Shown piece by piece: positions 47,884 through 58,029 of a stretch of 64,000 nucleotides of DNA. The stretch covers positions 327 to 64,326 of the forward strand of contig JACPEK010000003.1 in NCBI GenBank assembly GCA_016183535.1, read 5' to 3'. The translations under genes were made by a program, and so were the position numbers. Every line of letters begins with the position of its first letter. The first letter of the stretch is position 1. The notes beneath the pieces are model-generated. The model searched no databases, was not told where the DNA came from, and saw nothing but the letters and a program-made list of their open reading frames with translations. This stretch comes from Candidatus Brennerbacteria bacterium. GTDB taxonomy: Bacteria; Patescibacteriota; Minisyncoccia; UBA6257; GWB1-50-10.

Positions 47884-48600
47884 TTATTTGATAAAATGAT
47901 CGCTCGTGCGGCGCGCCTTTACCTTTTCGTCGTTCGCAATTTCGCCGTCCATAAGATGGATGATGCGTTCGGCTTGTTCCGCGGTGTAGGTTTCATGCGT
48001 GATGAGCACGATGGTATGTCCGCGCGTCCGATTCAAATCCTCAAGGATCGCCATGACCGCCTTACCAGATTTTGAATCAAGATTTCCCGTCGGTTCATCC
48101 GCAAAAATAATCTCGGGGCGCAACACCAACGCCCGCGCGATCGCGACCCGCTGGCGCTCCCCTCCCGAAAGCTGGGAGGATTCGTGCGAAAGACGGTGCG
48201 AGAGTCCCACCGCTTCGATCGCCTCTTCTGCCATGCGATTCCACCGCTTCTCGGGAATCCCGGAGTAGAGAAGGGGGAGTTTCACATTCTCGAGCACATC
48301 CGTGCGCGGGAGTAAATTGAACGTCTGGAACACAAACCCCATTTTACGGTTCCGTACTTCGGCGAGTTCATGGTCGGTATATTCGTCAATGCCCCGGCCG
48401 TCGAAGCGATACGTGCCGCCCGTCGGGCGATCTAAAAATCCGAGAAGATGGAGTAGGGTTGATTTCCCCGACCCTGAAGGCCCCATAATGGCGACAAACT
48501 CACCCCTCCCGATATCAAACGAAACTCCCCGAAGTGCGGGGGTTGAAACACCGTCGTCCGCGTACGTTTTGGAAAGCTCGCGTACTTCGATGAGCGTCAT
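47884..48600 (-). CDS. ABC transporter ATP-binding protein (MacB/LolD-type)
   Basis: Walker A GPSGSGKST, signature LSGGERQRVAIARAL, Walker B IIFADEPTGNLD. Confidence 0.9.
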   Translation of the reverse strand: MTLIEVRELSKTYADDGVSTPALRGVSFDIGRGEFVAIMGPSGSGKSTLLHLLGFLDRPTGGTYRFDGRGIDEYTDHELAEVRNRKMGFVFQTFNLLPRTDVLENVKLPLLYSGIPEKRWNRMAEEAIEAVGLSHRLSHESSQLSGGERQRVAIARALVLRPEIIFADEPTGNLDSKSGKAVMAILEDLNRTRGHTIVLITHETYTAEQAERIIHLMDGEIANDEKVKARRTSDHFIK

Positions 48601-48609
48601 GTCGCGGAG

Positions 48610-50220
48610 TTATTCTCTCGGCGGCGTCGCCACGATGCGATCTCCTTCATCGAGTCCTCTCGTTATTTCCACCTCGCCGTTCGTGCCGCGCAACCCTATT
48701 GTTACCGCGCGCTCCGTAAGCGCGCCGCTCCGATCAGCCGCGTACGCCGCCCACCCTCCATTCCGCTCGCGGAGAGAGCGGAATGGAACCGCGACGACAT
48801 TCTCCCGCCGATCGGTTTCGATCTCAAGGTTCGCCGTCATGCCGGATTTCACGAGACTCTTTGCGTCGCGCACGTCTGTGACGCCCGAATTCGCAAAATG
48901 AAAAATAGTTTTGTAGGTCGCGACGCCTTCTATCACCGTTTCGGCCGGTTCCATGCGCGCCACGCGCACGGAAAAAATCTCATCGGGACCGTAGGCGTCA
49001 AACGTGACCGCGGCAAAGTCGCCCGCCGTCACTTTTCCCACGTCCACCTCGGGAATGTAGGCTTCGAGTTCGAGTGATTCCTCCGCGATCAAAGACACCA
49101 ATGTTTCGTTCGCCGCCACAATTTCTCCCACGTTCGCTTCCTGCTTCGTCACGAGCCCCGCGAAAGGCGCGGTGATGACGGTTTTCGCAAGCGCGGCGGA
49201 CGCGGCGTCGCGACGCGCTTCCACTTGAAGTAATTTTGCCTCGGCCGCGGCCAGTTCTTCCACAGTCGCTCCAGCCTTCGTGAGGGCGAGATCGGACTTT
49301 GATTTCGCCACCACCAATGCTTGCGCGGCGAGATTCTGCGTGGCACCCGACACGTTCGTGGTCGCCGTCGCCACATTCGCGCGTCCGGTGCCGATCGAGG
49401 TTTTATAGGTATCTGCGGTTGAAGCCGAAATCCCCACCGACGCGTTCACCGCGTCCAAGGCGCGCGCGAGAAAGTCGCGCGCGAGCGCAAGATAGATTTC
49501 AGAATCTGCGAGAAGCGTGCGGATCGCCGACGGCGTGCTTGACGCGCGCACCGCGCGAAGCTCCACGCTCCATGCAACGAGCTGTTTCCCCGCGCGGCGG
49601 CGGAGCTCCACTACATCCACCTGCGCCTGCGAGTCAGAAGCGGTGAACGTGAGCGTCGGGGTATCAGTGTCGTCGTTCGTGAAAAGTTGATCGGTTTTCG
49701 CGCGCACCGCGTCGTCGGCTTTCGCGTAGGCGTCTTCCACCGTAACAAGCGCGGCGGTGTAGTAGTTCGCAAAATCCTGTTCCGCTTTCGCAAGCTCGGC
49801 CTCTTTCACGGCGATTTCTTCCGGGCGCGCGCCGCGCCGAAGTTCTTCGAGGTTTGCGCGCTCCGTCGCCACCTGCGCCTCTGTTTCGCGGAGATCGGCG
49901 CGGAGATCGCTCGCGTCAAGCTCGAGGAGTGGGGCGCGGGCGGCCACGCGATCGCCGACTTTGACAAGCGTGCGGTTCACCTTCCCGCTTCGCTCAAACG
50001 CGAGATCAACATCCGACGCCGGCTTCACCCGCCCCGTCACCGAGACGGTTTCGACGATCGTCGCCCGTGCGACGGTAACTTCCTCCGGACGAATTTTGCT
50101 TTTCCCGAACGCAAACCACGCGACCGCGGCGGCTACCAAAAACGCCGCGAGTCCGATAAAAAGCCATTTTTTCCGCGCGCGGCGCGGAGCGTGCGCGTGC
50201 GGAGACGCTTGATGTGTCAT
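48610..50220 (-). CDS. Periplasmic adaptor / membrane fusion protein (HlyD/MacA family)
   Basis: Start MTHQASP (ATG at 50220); N-terminal TM, long coiled coil and beta-barrel/MPD domains; upstream of the ABC pair. Confidence 0.75.
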   Translation of the reverse strand: MTHQASPHAHAPRRARKKWLFIGLAAFLVAAAVAWFAFGKSKIRPEEVTVARATIVETVSVTGRVKPASDVDLAFERSGKVNRTLVKVGDRVAARAPLLELDASDLRADLRETEAQVATERANLEELRRGARPEEIAVKEAELAKAEQDFANYYTAALVTVEDAYAKADDAVRAKTDQLFTNDDTDTPTLTFTASDSQAQVDVVELRRRAGKQLVAWSVELRAVRASSTPSAIRTLLADSEIYLALARDFLARALDAVNASVGISASTADTYKTSIGTGRANVATATTNVSGATQNLAAQALVVAKSKSDLALTKAGATVEELAAAEAKLLQVEARRDAASAALAKTVITAPFAGLVTKQEANVGEIVAANETLVSLIAEESLELEAYIPEVDVGKVTAGDFAAVTFDAYGPDEIFSVRVARMEPAETVIEGVATYKTIFHFANSGVTDVRDAKSLVKSGMTANLEIETDRRENVVAVPFRSLRERNGGWAAYAADRSGALTERAVTIGLRGTNGEVEITRGLDEGDRIVATPPRE

Positions 50221-50321
50221 AAAAAAATCAGCCGGCGATCTCGACGTACCCCCAATATGCGACAAGCAGTCCCCCGACGACGAATGCCCAAAATTCGAGA
50301 TTCAGAAACATAGTGTCCTGA

Positions 50322-52493
50322 TTATACCGCGACCCGCGCGCGCCGCAAGAGAAGCGCGTTCACCGCGACAATCACCGTCGAGAGCGACATAAAAACCGCG
50401 GCGACGGCGGGCGCGAGAAGAATCCCCTGCGTCGCGAGCACGCCGGCCGCCAAAGGGAGCGCGACGATATTGTACCCCGTCGCCCACCATAAATTCTGCA
50501 CCATTTTCCGATAGGTCGCGCGGGAAAGTTCGATGATGTTCGGAATGTCGCGCGGATCGTTCCGGACAAGAATGATGCCGGCGGACTCCACCGCCACGTT
50601 CGTGCCCGCGCCGATCGCGATACCGAGGTCGGCTTGTGTCAGCGCCGGTGCATCGTTCACGCCATCCCCCACGAAGGCAACTTTCTTCCCCTGCGTCTGG
50701 AGCATTTTTACCTTCTCGGCCTTCTCGGCCGGCAAAACACGCGCGAAGACGGTCGCAATATTTAGCTCGCGTGCAACCCAGCGCGCCACCCCTTCGGTGT
50801 CTCCCGTCACCATCGCGACCTCGACATCTCCCGCGCGGAGCGCGGCAATCGCCGCCCGCGACTCGTCGCGGATCAAATCCGCGAGCGCGAAAGCGCCGAA
50901 AAGTTTGTTCTCGCGCACCGCGTAAATGACGGTTTTCCCCTTTTCCCCTTCTTCCGCCACGGACCTCCGGAGCGTATCCGGCACGGCCGCAACTCTACCC
51001 TCGAGAATTTTCTCGCCGCCGACCGCCACCATCACACCATTTACCTTCCCCTCTACGCCGCGTCCGGGAAGACGCGTGAAGTCGCGCACCTCCGGCACCG
51101 CGAGGTTTCTCCGCTTCGCCTCGCTCACGATCGCGCGGGATATGAAGTGCTCGGAGTGCGCATCCACCGCCGCGGCGAGTGCGAGAAGTTCATCCTCGTC
51201 TTTCGCCCCCGCGGGCCAGATTTCCGTAATGCCGTATTCGCCTTTCGTGAGCGTCCCCGTTTTGTCGAAAAGCACCACATCGATGTTGCGCGCCGCTTCG
51301 AGCGCGAGTCGCTGTTTCACTAAAAATCCCTGACGCGCGGCGATGGTGGTCGAAAGTGATGCGACCAAAGGCACCGCGAGTCCCAAAGCGTGCGGGCATG
51401 CGATCACGAGAACCGCGACGAGCCGCTCCACCGCAAACCCCGCGGGCGCGCCTGCGGCGAGCCACGAGGCAAGCGTAACGCCGCCGCCGCCGACCGCCAC
51501 GTACGTAAGGTAGAGCGCCGCGCGATCGGAGAGGAGCTGGAGGCGCGACTTCGAAGCCTGCGCTTCTCTCACTAGCCGCATCACGCCCGCGAGGAAGGTG
51601 TGGTTTCCCACCTTGGCGACCGAGATGCGGAGCGCGCCGTCTCCGTTCACCGTCCCCGCAATCACCGTGGCGCCCGCGATCTTCAATACCGGCGCCGATT
51701 CACCTGTCACCATAGATTCGTTCACCTCCGCGCGCCCCTCCTTCACCACGCCGTCCGCAGGAATACGCCCGCCGGGACGCACGAACACGAGATCGCCTTC
51801 CTTAAGTTCGGAAATTGGAACGATTTTAGTGTTGAGTTTTGAATCTCGGATTTGAGATTCGTCATTAATAATGATGACTTCCGCCGTGTCGGGAAGCAGT
51901 TTTGAGAGTTCCTTCAGGGCCGCCGATGCGCCTTTGACCGCCCGCATCTCGAGCCAGTGCCCGAGAAGCATGATGGTAACGAGGGTCGAGAGTTCCCACC
52001 AGAGCGGCGCACCGAGACCCGAGATCAGCGTGTAAACGCTCCAGAGATACGCCGCCGAAGTCGCGATCGCGATCAAGGTCATCATCCCGGGGAGCCGCGC
52101 GCGGAGCTCGCGCCACGCCGAGGAAAGAAACACCCACCCGCCGTAGAAGAAAATGAGCGAGGCGAGCGCGAAAGTGACGTACGGCGCGCCGGGAAAGGGG
52201 CCGGGCGTTACCTTGAGAAATGTCGCCGCGATGTCCGAGAAGAGTACGACCGGCACCGTAAGAACGGCGCTGATGACGAATTTCTTCAAAAAATCCTCCG
52301 TGTGATGCCCCGCATGCCGGTCGATATCTCCTTCATGCCCTGCATGTTCCGTGTGCACTTTCTTCTCGGGTATCAGGTCCATTCCGCACTCCGGACACCG
52401 TCCCGGTTGCGATTCGCGGACCGAGGGGTGCATCGGACAAGTGTAGTGAGCACTCCCTTTTTCCTCTGAACTTGCGTGATGATGGAAACACAT
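50322..52493 (-). CDS. Copper-translocating P1B-type ATPase (CopB-like, CPH motif, His-rich N-terminus)
   Basis: N-terminal YTCPMHP...CPECGMDL metal-binding module and His-rich HAGHEGDIDRHAGHH; TM CPH motif (ACPHALGLA); DKTGTLT phosphorylation site; GDGVNDAPAL hinge. Confidence 0.88.
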   Translation of the reverse strand: MCFHHHASSEEKGSAHYTCPMHPSVRESQPGRCPECGMDLIPEKKVHTEHAGHEGDIDRHAGHHTEDFLKKFVISAVLTVPVVLFSDIAATFLKVTPGPFPGAPYVTFALASLIFFYGGWVFLSSAWRELRARLPGMMTLIAIATSAAYLWSVYTLISGLGAPLWWELSTLVTIMLLGHWLEMRAVKGASAALKELSKLLPDTAEVIIINDESQIRDSKLNTKIVPISELKEGDLVFVRPGGRIPADGVVKEGRAEVNESMVTGESAPVLKIAGATVIAGTVNGDGALRISVAKVGNHTFLAGVMRLVREAQASKSRLQLLSDRAALYLTYVAVGGGGVTLASWLAAGAPAGFAVERLVAVLVIACPHALGLAVPLVASLSTTIAARQGFLVKQRLALEAARNIDVVLFDKTGTLTKGEYGITEIWPAGAKDEDELLALAAAVDAHSEHFISRAIVSEAKRRNLAVPEVRDFTRLPGRGVEGKVNGVMVAVGGEKILEGRVAAVPDTLRRSVAEEGEKGKTVIYAVRENKLFGAFALADLIRDESRAAIAALRAGDVEVAMVTGDTEGVARWVARELNIATVFARVLPAEKAEKVKMLQTQGKKVAFVGDGVNDAPALTQADLGIAIGAGTNVAVESAGIILVRNDPRDIPNIIELSRATYRKMVQNLWWATGYNIVALPLAAGVLATQGILLAPAVAAVFMSLSTVIVAVNALLLRRARVAV

Positions 52494-52496
52494 AAA

Positions 52497-52697
52497 TTAT
52501 TGATTCTTGTTATCGATGCGGAACGCGGTGTGGAGCCAGCACCATCCCGTGAAACTTTCTATGAGCGCGATCCACCCGACGACCGCAATAACGATGGCAA
52601 GCCATGGGGTCTCATACTGCGGCGCCCACGGCCCCAACCACCAAAACGCGAGTAAGAAGCGAAGAATACGGTCCAATTTTCCTAAGTTTTGATTCAT
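52497..52697 (-). CDS. DUF2892 (YgaP-like) small membrane protein
   Basis: 66 aa; LGKLDRILRFLLAFWWLGPW..LIESFTGWC matches DUF2892. Confidence 0.6.
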   Translation of the reverse strand: MNQNLGKLDRILRFLLAFWWLGPWAPQYETPWLAIVIAVVGWIALIESFTGWCWLHTAFRIDNKNQ

Positions 52698-52724
52698 AGT
52701 ATCGGCGTGATTTCCTTCGACCTT

Positions 52725-52994
52725 TTATTTCCTGCGCGAAAGCTTATAGATGGTGGCGAGTTCCCGCACCGCTTTCGCGCTTTCTCCTTTCTGTATCTGG
52801 TGAACGGCGTGCGTTTTCAGGTGGTTCTCCAGTATCACGTCCTCGAATGCCGAAAGCGCGGCTTTGACCGCAAGCGATTGGTGGATGATCTTCACGCAGT
52901 ACGTTCCTTTCTCCACCATGCGCCCTAATCCTTGTACCTGTCCCGCCGCTCTCCGGAGCCGTTTGATGGCGTTTGTTTTTATGTTCTGGTGCAT
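52725..52994 (-). CDS. csoR: CsoR/RcnR family metal-sensing transcriptional repressor
   Basis: RLRRAAGQVQGLGRMVEKGTYCVKIIHQSLAVKAALSAFEDVILENHLKTH has the DUF156 fold with Cys/His ligands. Confidence 0.8.
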   Translation of the reverse strand: MHQNIKTNAIKRLRRAAGQVQGLGRMVEKGTYCVKIIHQSLAVKAALSAFEDVILENHLKTHAVHQIQKGESAKAVRELATIYKLSRRK

Positions 52995-53014
52995 AAGAAT
53001 AATTGATAATCATA

Positions 53015-53776
53015 CTAAACCCCGCAACTCCCTCCTCCCCGCGACGGGAGTGGCTCCACCTCCGCAAGTACGCGCGCGTATCCTGTAGCGCTTGAGAAAT
53101 CCGCCCCAAGCGCAATTTTCGGATCGATGTCTTTGCGTGCCACGCCCCGTGCCTCGAAATATCGCCCGATGGCATCGTAGGTATCAGGGAACCATTCCGC
53201 ATTCATCGCGAGCGCCGCGCGGTACATTCCGCTTTCATCAACGCCCTGCGCGGCAAGGAGTTCCAAGAGGCCCAACATCGCCATACCGTGATTGCAATCA
53301 GGAAAGTAGGTCGAGTTTCCACAACACGGGCGGTAAATATTTTTTGAAACACGCTCCACCAGTTCCTGCTCACCTTCGGTGAGTGTCACGAACCGGTGCA
53401 TGGCATAGTGGTCCATCGCGCTCCCTTTCGCCAAGGTCCACCCACCTGTGGACGCAAAGTTCCCCGCACCGCCGTAGCGCACATCCATCATCGGTCCTTC
53501 GGTGAGTATCGGGTTCTCGTTCGCGAGACCGAACGCCCAGAGGACGTTGAGCTTTGTGCGGACGCCCGCGTCGAATTTCGTTGGATTTATGACACCCGTG
53601 GCGGTGAGTTCGCGTTCAAGCGCGTCGAAATCGATCGGGAGATCCTCTGTCGCCGCAAAAGAAGCGGGGGGTGGCATCGCGGGCGCGGAAGCGCCAAGTT
53701 GATAAACCCAGGCGAGCGCCACCAATAAAATCGAAAGCGCGACCGAAGCGGGCACGATCCATTTTCCTTGCACCAT
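53015..53776 (-). CDS. Hypothetical membrane-anchored protein with CC and C-x2-H motifs; first gene of the putative copper operon
   Basis: 253 aa; N-terminal TM; motifs RPCCGNS and DCNHG; immediately downstream of the CsoR-type operator. Confidence 0.45.
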   Translation of the reverse strand: MVQGKWIVPASVALSILLVALAWVYQLGASAPAMPPPASFAATEDLPIDFDALERELTATGVINPTKFDAGVRTKLNVLWAFGLANENPILTEGPMMDVRYGGAGNFASTGGWTLAKGSAMDHYAMHRFVTLTEGEQELVERVSKNIYRPCCGNSTYFPDCNHGMAMLGLLELLAAQGVDESGMYRAALAMNAEWFPDTYDAIGRYFEARGVARKDIDPKIALGADFSSATGYARVLAEVEPLPSRGGGSCGV

Positions 53777-53785
53777 GCCGTCATT

Positions 53786-53802
53786 ATACCCCTACGGGGT
53801 AT
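53786..53802. promoter_or_regulatory. CsoR-type operator-like palindrome ATACCCC-TAC-GGGGTAT
   Basis: Perfect 7-3-7 GC-rich inverted repeat 10 nt upstream of the 53776 start; resembles described CsoR operators (ATACCC-N-GGGTAT type). Confidence 0.6.
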
Positions 53803-53898
53803 ATCGTCAAGAAGATGCCATAGAACGAAAAATTGACGAAAAACAGAATCACTAGTACTAGTAGTATTAGTAAATTCCATTCATAACAAGGAGGAAGT

Positions 53899-54546
53899 AT
53901 GAAAGCGATGATAGTTGTCATCGCCTTTTTGGTAGTCTGCGCGATCCCTCTCTTCGCGCAAGAACATGAAGAAATGAGAGGAGGGATGGTAGAGTTCCGT
54001 GCCTATTTCGACTCGTCGGATGTTGCGACCTATGCGGTCGCTTACCTGCGGCGGCATTTCGTCGTCGACGAGGAGCGGATCAGTTGGTTTGTGTTCGCAC
54101 GCGCGAACAACAATCCCCGGCCCCCAAGCGCGCTCGTGGTCGGCCTCTCCTATGCCCCCTCGCGATCGTTCGGTATGGAAGCGGGCGGCGGCCTGAACGG
54201 CAACCCCCTCGACCACCATCCCTCGCACTACGTGCGGGGAAGATTATGGATCGGAAGGGATATGACGGGGTTCGGCACGGTCGATCTCTACTACTTCGAG
54301 TGCGCGATCGAGGCGTCGCGGCACATCGTAAACTGGGAAGCACGCCTCAAAATGCGGGTGCTCCCGTGGTTTGCCTGCGGGTTCTACGGCGAGCGCGCGA
54401 AAGGTTTCGGCCCCCGTATCGACATTCAACCGAAGGGAATCCCGCTCGCAATCTCCGTCGCGGCGCTCATCGCGCGGTGGGATACGGAAAAACCGATCCG
54501 CGCGAACGACGGAAATTTCGTCCTGTTCTCCCGCCTGAATTTATAA
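53899..54546 (+). CDS. Secreted hypothetical protein
   Basis: 215 aa; signal peptide MKAMIVVIAFLVVCAIPLFAQ; followed by a terminator. Confidence 0.45.
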   Translation: MKAMIVVIAFLVVCAIPLFAQEHEEMRGGMVEFRAYFDSSDVATYAVAYLRRHFVVDEERISWFVFARANNNPRPPSALVVGLSYAPSRSFGMEAGGGLNGNPLDHHPSHYVRGRLWIGRDMTGFGTVDLYYFECAIEASRHIVNWEARLKMRVLPWFACGFYGERAKGFGPRIDIQPKGIPLAISVAALIARWDTEKPIRANDGNFVLFSRLNL

Positions 54547-54554
54547 ATAGTCAC

Positions 54555-54591
54555 AAAAAAACCACGGACTCTTCGTCTGTGGTTTTTTATT
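54555..54591 (+). terminator. Rho-independent terminator for 53899..54546
   Basis: aaccacgga..tctgtggtt hairpin plus TTTTTTATT. Confidence 0.65.
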
Positions 54592-54603
54592 CCGCATACC
54601 GAC

Positions 54604-54630
54604 AAAAAAGGAGCGGTGGATACCGCTCCT
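54604..54630 (-). terminator. Rho-independent terminator for nrdJ (ggagcggt-ggat-accgctcc)
   Basis: Perfect 8-bp stem; on the minus strand followed by TTTTTTGTCGG. Confidence 0.75.
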
Positions 54631-54644
54631 TAAACTGGTTGGTT

Positions 54645-57308
54645 TTATCCGCAACCGGTATTGGAAAAGCATTGCGGACACGTGTAGCACGTGCCGGCCC
54701 TCTTCATGAGAGAGCCGCACTCAAGACAGGTTTTGCCGTCGTGTTCGCTCGCCTCTTCTGGCGAGAAGATTTTTACGGTGCCGTTTTCCAAAGGAGAATA
54801 TTCTTCCTCCTTTTTTATAACGCCGAGTTCTTCCTGATCCTCCTTGGAAAGGAAGTCCAACGCTAACCGCCGGAAAACGTAATCCACAATAGAGGTTGCC
54901 ATGTGGATATCCGGATCAAGCGGAGTGAAACCCGCCGGCTCAAAACGCTGGTTCATGAATTGCTTCACGAACGCCTTGAGCGGCGCGCCGTATTGGAGAC
55001 CAATCGACACCGCGATAGAAAAACACCGCGTCATGCCGTAGAGGGTCGAGCCGCCCTTTGCGATCTCGATGAACATTTCTCCGAGATCACCGTCTTCGTA
55101 TTTGCCGGGGGTGAGATATCCTTCCTGGCCCCCGATCTCGATTTTAATGTTCTCGGCCGGTCTCCGCCACGCAAGCCGACGACGTGCGGGTTTTGCCCCT
55201 TTCGATAGAGAAGATTTTTTGGTCGAAAGTACTTCCGTAACTTTCGACCCTTCTCGGTACAGCGCCACCGCTTTGAGGCCGAGTTCCCACGCTTTAAGGT
55301 AGGTTTTCTCGAAGTCCTCCACGGTCGCACTGTGAGGGAGGTTTACCGTCTTCGAGATCGCACCGGAGATGAAGGGTTGCGCGGCCGCCATCATTTTGAG
55401 GTGGCCCATATAATGAATAAAGCGTGTGCCTTTCTCCGGCTTGTACGAACAGTCGAACACGGGGAGATGTTCTTCCTTCAGTCCTGGCGCGCCTTCGACG
55501 GTACCGTTCTCGCGGAGATATTGCAGGATGGCCCCAATTTGGGTTTCAGAGTAACCGATTCGCTTGAGCGCCGGCTCAACTTGTTGATTCTCTATCGCGA
55601 GCTGGCCGCCGCCCACAAGGTTCTTATATTTTATGAGCGCAAGGTCCGGCTCGATGCCGGTCGTGTCGCACGCCATAAGAAACGAGATGGTGCCGGTCGG
55701 CGCAAGCACCGTTGCTTGCGTGTTGCGCACGCCATATCGCTCGGCAAGCTCGCACGTCTCGATCCACGCGCGTTCGGCTTCGTGGACTAACGCTTCGAAT
55801 CCCACACCGTTCAGCGTGAGACTATGCGCTTCCATACGGTGCATCTGGAGAACCTTTTGCATTGGTTCCTTATTCTCAAAAAACCCCTCGCAGGGGCCGA
55901 TGGCGGCGGCGATCTCCGCTGATTCGTGGTACGCCTCTGCCGTCATGAGTGCGGTGATAGCGCCTGTGAGCGTACGTGCCTCGTCGGAGTCGTACGGAAG
56001 CCCGAGCGCCATAAGAAGCGCGCCGAGGTTCGCGTAGCCGAGGCCGATTTCGCGGAACTTCCGGGCGTTCTCGGTTATTTTTTGTGTCGGATAACTCGAG
56101 AACCCGATGATGATCTCCTGTGCCAAGAAGGTGGCGTGAACCGCCTTCCGGAAAAATTCCACATCGATTGATCCGTCCTCTCGCAGAAATTTCAGAAGGT
56201 TCAAGGACGCGAGATTGCACGCGGAGTCATCAAGATGCATGTACTCACTGCAAGGATTCGAGCCATTAATGCGCCCGGAGTTGGGACAGGTGTGCCAGTC
56301 GTTGATAGTGGTATCAAACTGCATCCCCGGGTCGCCGGAAAACCATGCCGCGGCCGCTATTTCCCGAAGAATTTCTTTGGCGCTTACCGTTTCAAGCGTC
56401 TTACCGCTCGTGACGGCTTTAAGCGCCCACTCTTGATCGTGCACGACGGCTTCCATAAACTCGTTAGTCGCGCGAACCGCATTATTCGCGTTTTGATACG
56501 GCAAGGTGGTGTAGATGGAAAATAGTTTTCCATTAAGCGAGGTGTCAAACCCCGCTTCCGCGAGGACGCGCGCCATTTTTTCCATCTCCGCTTTACAACG
56601 GATGAAATCACGAATATCCGGATGGTCCACATTCATAGTGACCATCTTTGCCGCGCGGCGCGTGGCGCCGCCAGAGCGGATCACGTTCGCCACGGAATCC
56701 GCGCCATGCATGAAAGATACCGGACCCGATGCTATGCCGCCGCGCGACAGTTCTTCCTTCGAGGAGCGAATATTCGAAACGTTCGCTCCCGAACCAGAAC
56801 CTTGCTTAAAAATCATTCCTTCGGTTTCGTACCACTTGAGAATGGAACGCATATTGTCCTCGACCGAGAGAATGAAGCATGCAGAGCACTGCGGGGTGTC
56901 TTCGATGCCCACGTTAAACCATACGGGACTGTTGAAAGCCATGTACTGGTGGAGCGTGAGCCACACGATGTCGCGCTCAAAATTCTTGCGCGACTCTTCG
57001 CTGTCGAAGTATCCGAGCTCAAGTCCTTTCGTCGCGATGGTTCTTGCCACACGCTCAAGCATCTGTTTCACGGAGTGCTCCCGTGTGCCGCCGTCTGGAA
57101 CCCGGAAATACTTCGAGGCGGCGTTCCGGCGAGAGTCTTCACGCCAAATCTCCGGAACCTCCACGCGCTTTTGTTCAAAAACGACTTTTTTCCCATCTTT
57201 ATCCAAGATGGAAACGTCGCATAAGACCCATTGCAGGTCCTCGAACGGGTGCGTGGTGGGATTTCCGAAGAGCCTCTCCCATTGAATGCCTTTCTTTGTG
57301 GTTTCCAT
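54645..57308 (-). CDS. nrdJ: Class II (adenosylcobalamin-dependent) ribonucleotide reductase NrdJ
   Basis: Start METTKKGIQWERLFG (ATG at 57308, AAAGGAGG RBS); long monomeric RNR core; C-terminal zinc ribbon CLECGSLMKRAGTCYTCPQC. Confidence 0.88.
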   Translation of the reverse strand: METTKKGIQWERLFGNPTTHPFEDLQWVLCDVSILDKDGKKVVFEQKRVEVPEIWREDSRRNAASKYFRVPDGGTREHSVKQMLERVARTIATKGLELGYFDSEESRKNFERDIVWLTLHQYMAFNSPVWFNVGIEDTPQCSACFILSVEDNMRSILKWYETEGMIFKQGSGSGANVSNIRSSKEELSRGGIASGPVSFMHGADSVANVIRSGGATRRAAKMVTMNVDHPDIRDFIRCKAEMEKMARVLAEAGFDTSLNGKLFSIYTTLPYQNANNAVRATNEFMEAVVHDQEWALKAVTSGKTLETVSAKEILREIAAAAWFSGDPGMQFDTTINDWHTCPNSGRINGSNPCSEYMHLDDSACNLASLNLLKFLREDGSIDVEFFRKAVHATFLAQEIIIGFSSYPTQKITENARKFREIGLGYANLGALLMALGLPYDSDEARTLTGAITALMTAEAYHESAEIAAAIGPCEGFFENKEPMQKVLQMHRMEAHSLTLNGVGFEALVHEAERAWIETCELAERYGVRNTQATVLAPTGTISFLMACDTTGIEPDLALIKYKNLVGGGQLAIENQQVEPALKRIGYSETQIGAILQYLRENGTVEGAPGLKEEHLPVFDCSYKPEKGTRFIHYMGHLKMMAAAQPFISGAISKTVNLPHSATVEDFEKTYLKAWELGLKAVALYREGSKVTEVLSTKKSSLSKGAKPARRRLAWRRPAENIKIEIGGQEGYLTPGKYEDGDLGEMFIEIAKGGSTLYGMTRCFSIAVSIGLQYGAPLKAFVKQFMNQRFEPAGFTPLDPDIHMATSIVDYVFRRLALDFLSKEDQEELGVIKKEEEYSPLENGTVKIFSPEEASEHDGKTCLECGSLMKRAGTCYTCPQCFSNTGCG

Positions 57309-57478
57309 AGGAAACCTCCTTTCTCTTTTAGTGATTGTTAAATTACGTGGGTACACCCTATCGCCGCCCCCGATATACCGTCAACGGTGTATAACAAAAA
57401 ATTCCGCGACGTTTGGGCGCCACGGTCAACTTTTCTGGCCATCCGCGTTGATCCGCTTCTATTACCTCGCTATCCGCG

Positions 57479-57982
57479 TCAGTTCAGCGTTGCCATGCCG
57501 AACGGCACCGCGAACGCCCGACACCATACCCACACCTCGTCGTATTGCGTGGGGTCTATCCCCTCCGGAACCTCATAGTTCTGGCCCCCAACGTTCCCCT
57601 TCAGGGCTCCGAGGCGCGCCTCGACGGCATACGCGTCGTTTTTCCCGAAGTGGACAAAAAGGTCGGGTCCGTTTGTCATCCGAAAGTCGTTCTCGAACCG
57701 CACATAGTGCTTCTCCCCTATTTTCACCAAGGTTGCGGTACCTTCCGCGGAGTGCCCCGCAAGCGACACGAAAGTTCCCCGACGTATAACTTCGAGCGCC
57801 GGCGCTTGTGCTTGTTCCGATCCGCGCTGATCCGCGCCCTCTAATCCGCGTCCATCCATCTCTCTATATATATCACCCAACGATTCACTCACCTGAACGT
57901 CAATAAAGAGCGGCGCAATAAGCCAATACGCCGTACCGATCGCAACCGCGATACCGAGAGATATGAGAGCTTTCTTCAACAT
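57479..57982 (-). CDS. DM13 domain protein with N-terminal TM
   Basis: Start MLKKALISLGIAVAIG (ATG at 57982); C-terminal region ..GPDLFVHFGKNDAYAVEARLGALKGNVGGQNYEVP..YDEVWVWCRAF fits the DM13 pattern. Confidence 0.55.
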   Translation of the reverse strand: MLKKALISLGIAVAIGTAYWLIAPLFIDVQVSESLGDIYREMDGRGLEGADQRGSEQAQAPALEVIRRGTFVSLAGHSAEGTATLVKIGEKHYVRFENDFRMTNGPDLFVHFGKNDAYAVEARLGALKGNVGGQNYEVPEGIDPTQYDEVWVWCRAFAVPFGMATLN

Positions 57983-58029
57983 AGAAACAGTATAGCAAGA
58001 CCCGTGCGCGGCGCGCGGGCGGTGGTATA

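Noticed and set aside
57309-57480. Possible cobalamin riboswitch or NrdR box upstream of nrdJ
   Set aside because: I could not find the conserved B12-box (GCCACTG) or an NrdR-type 16-bp palindrome by eye. It would need a covariance-model scan (Rfam RF00174) to settle.
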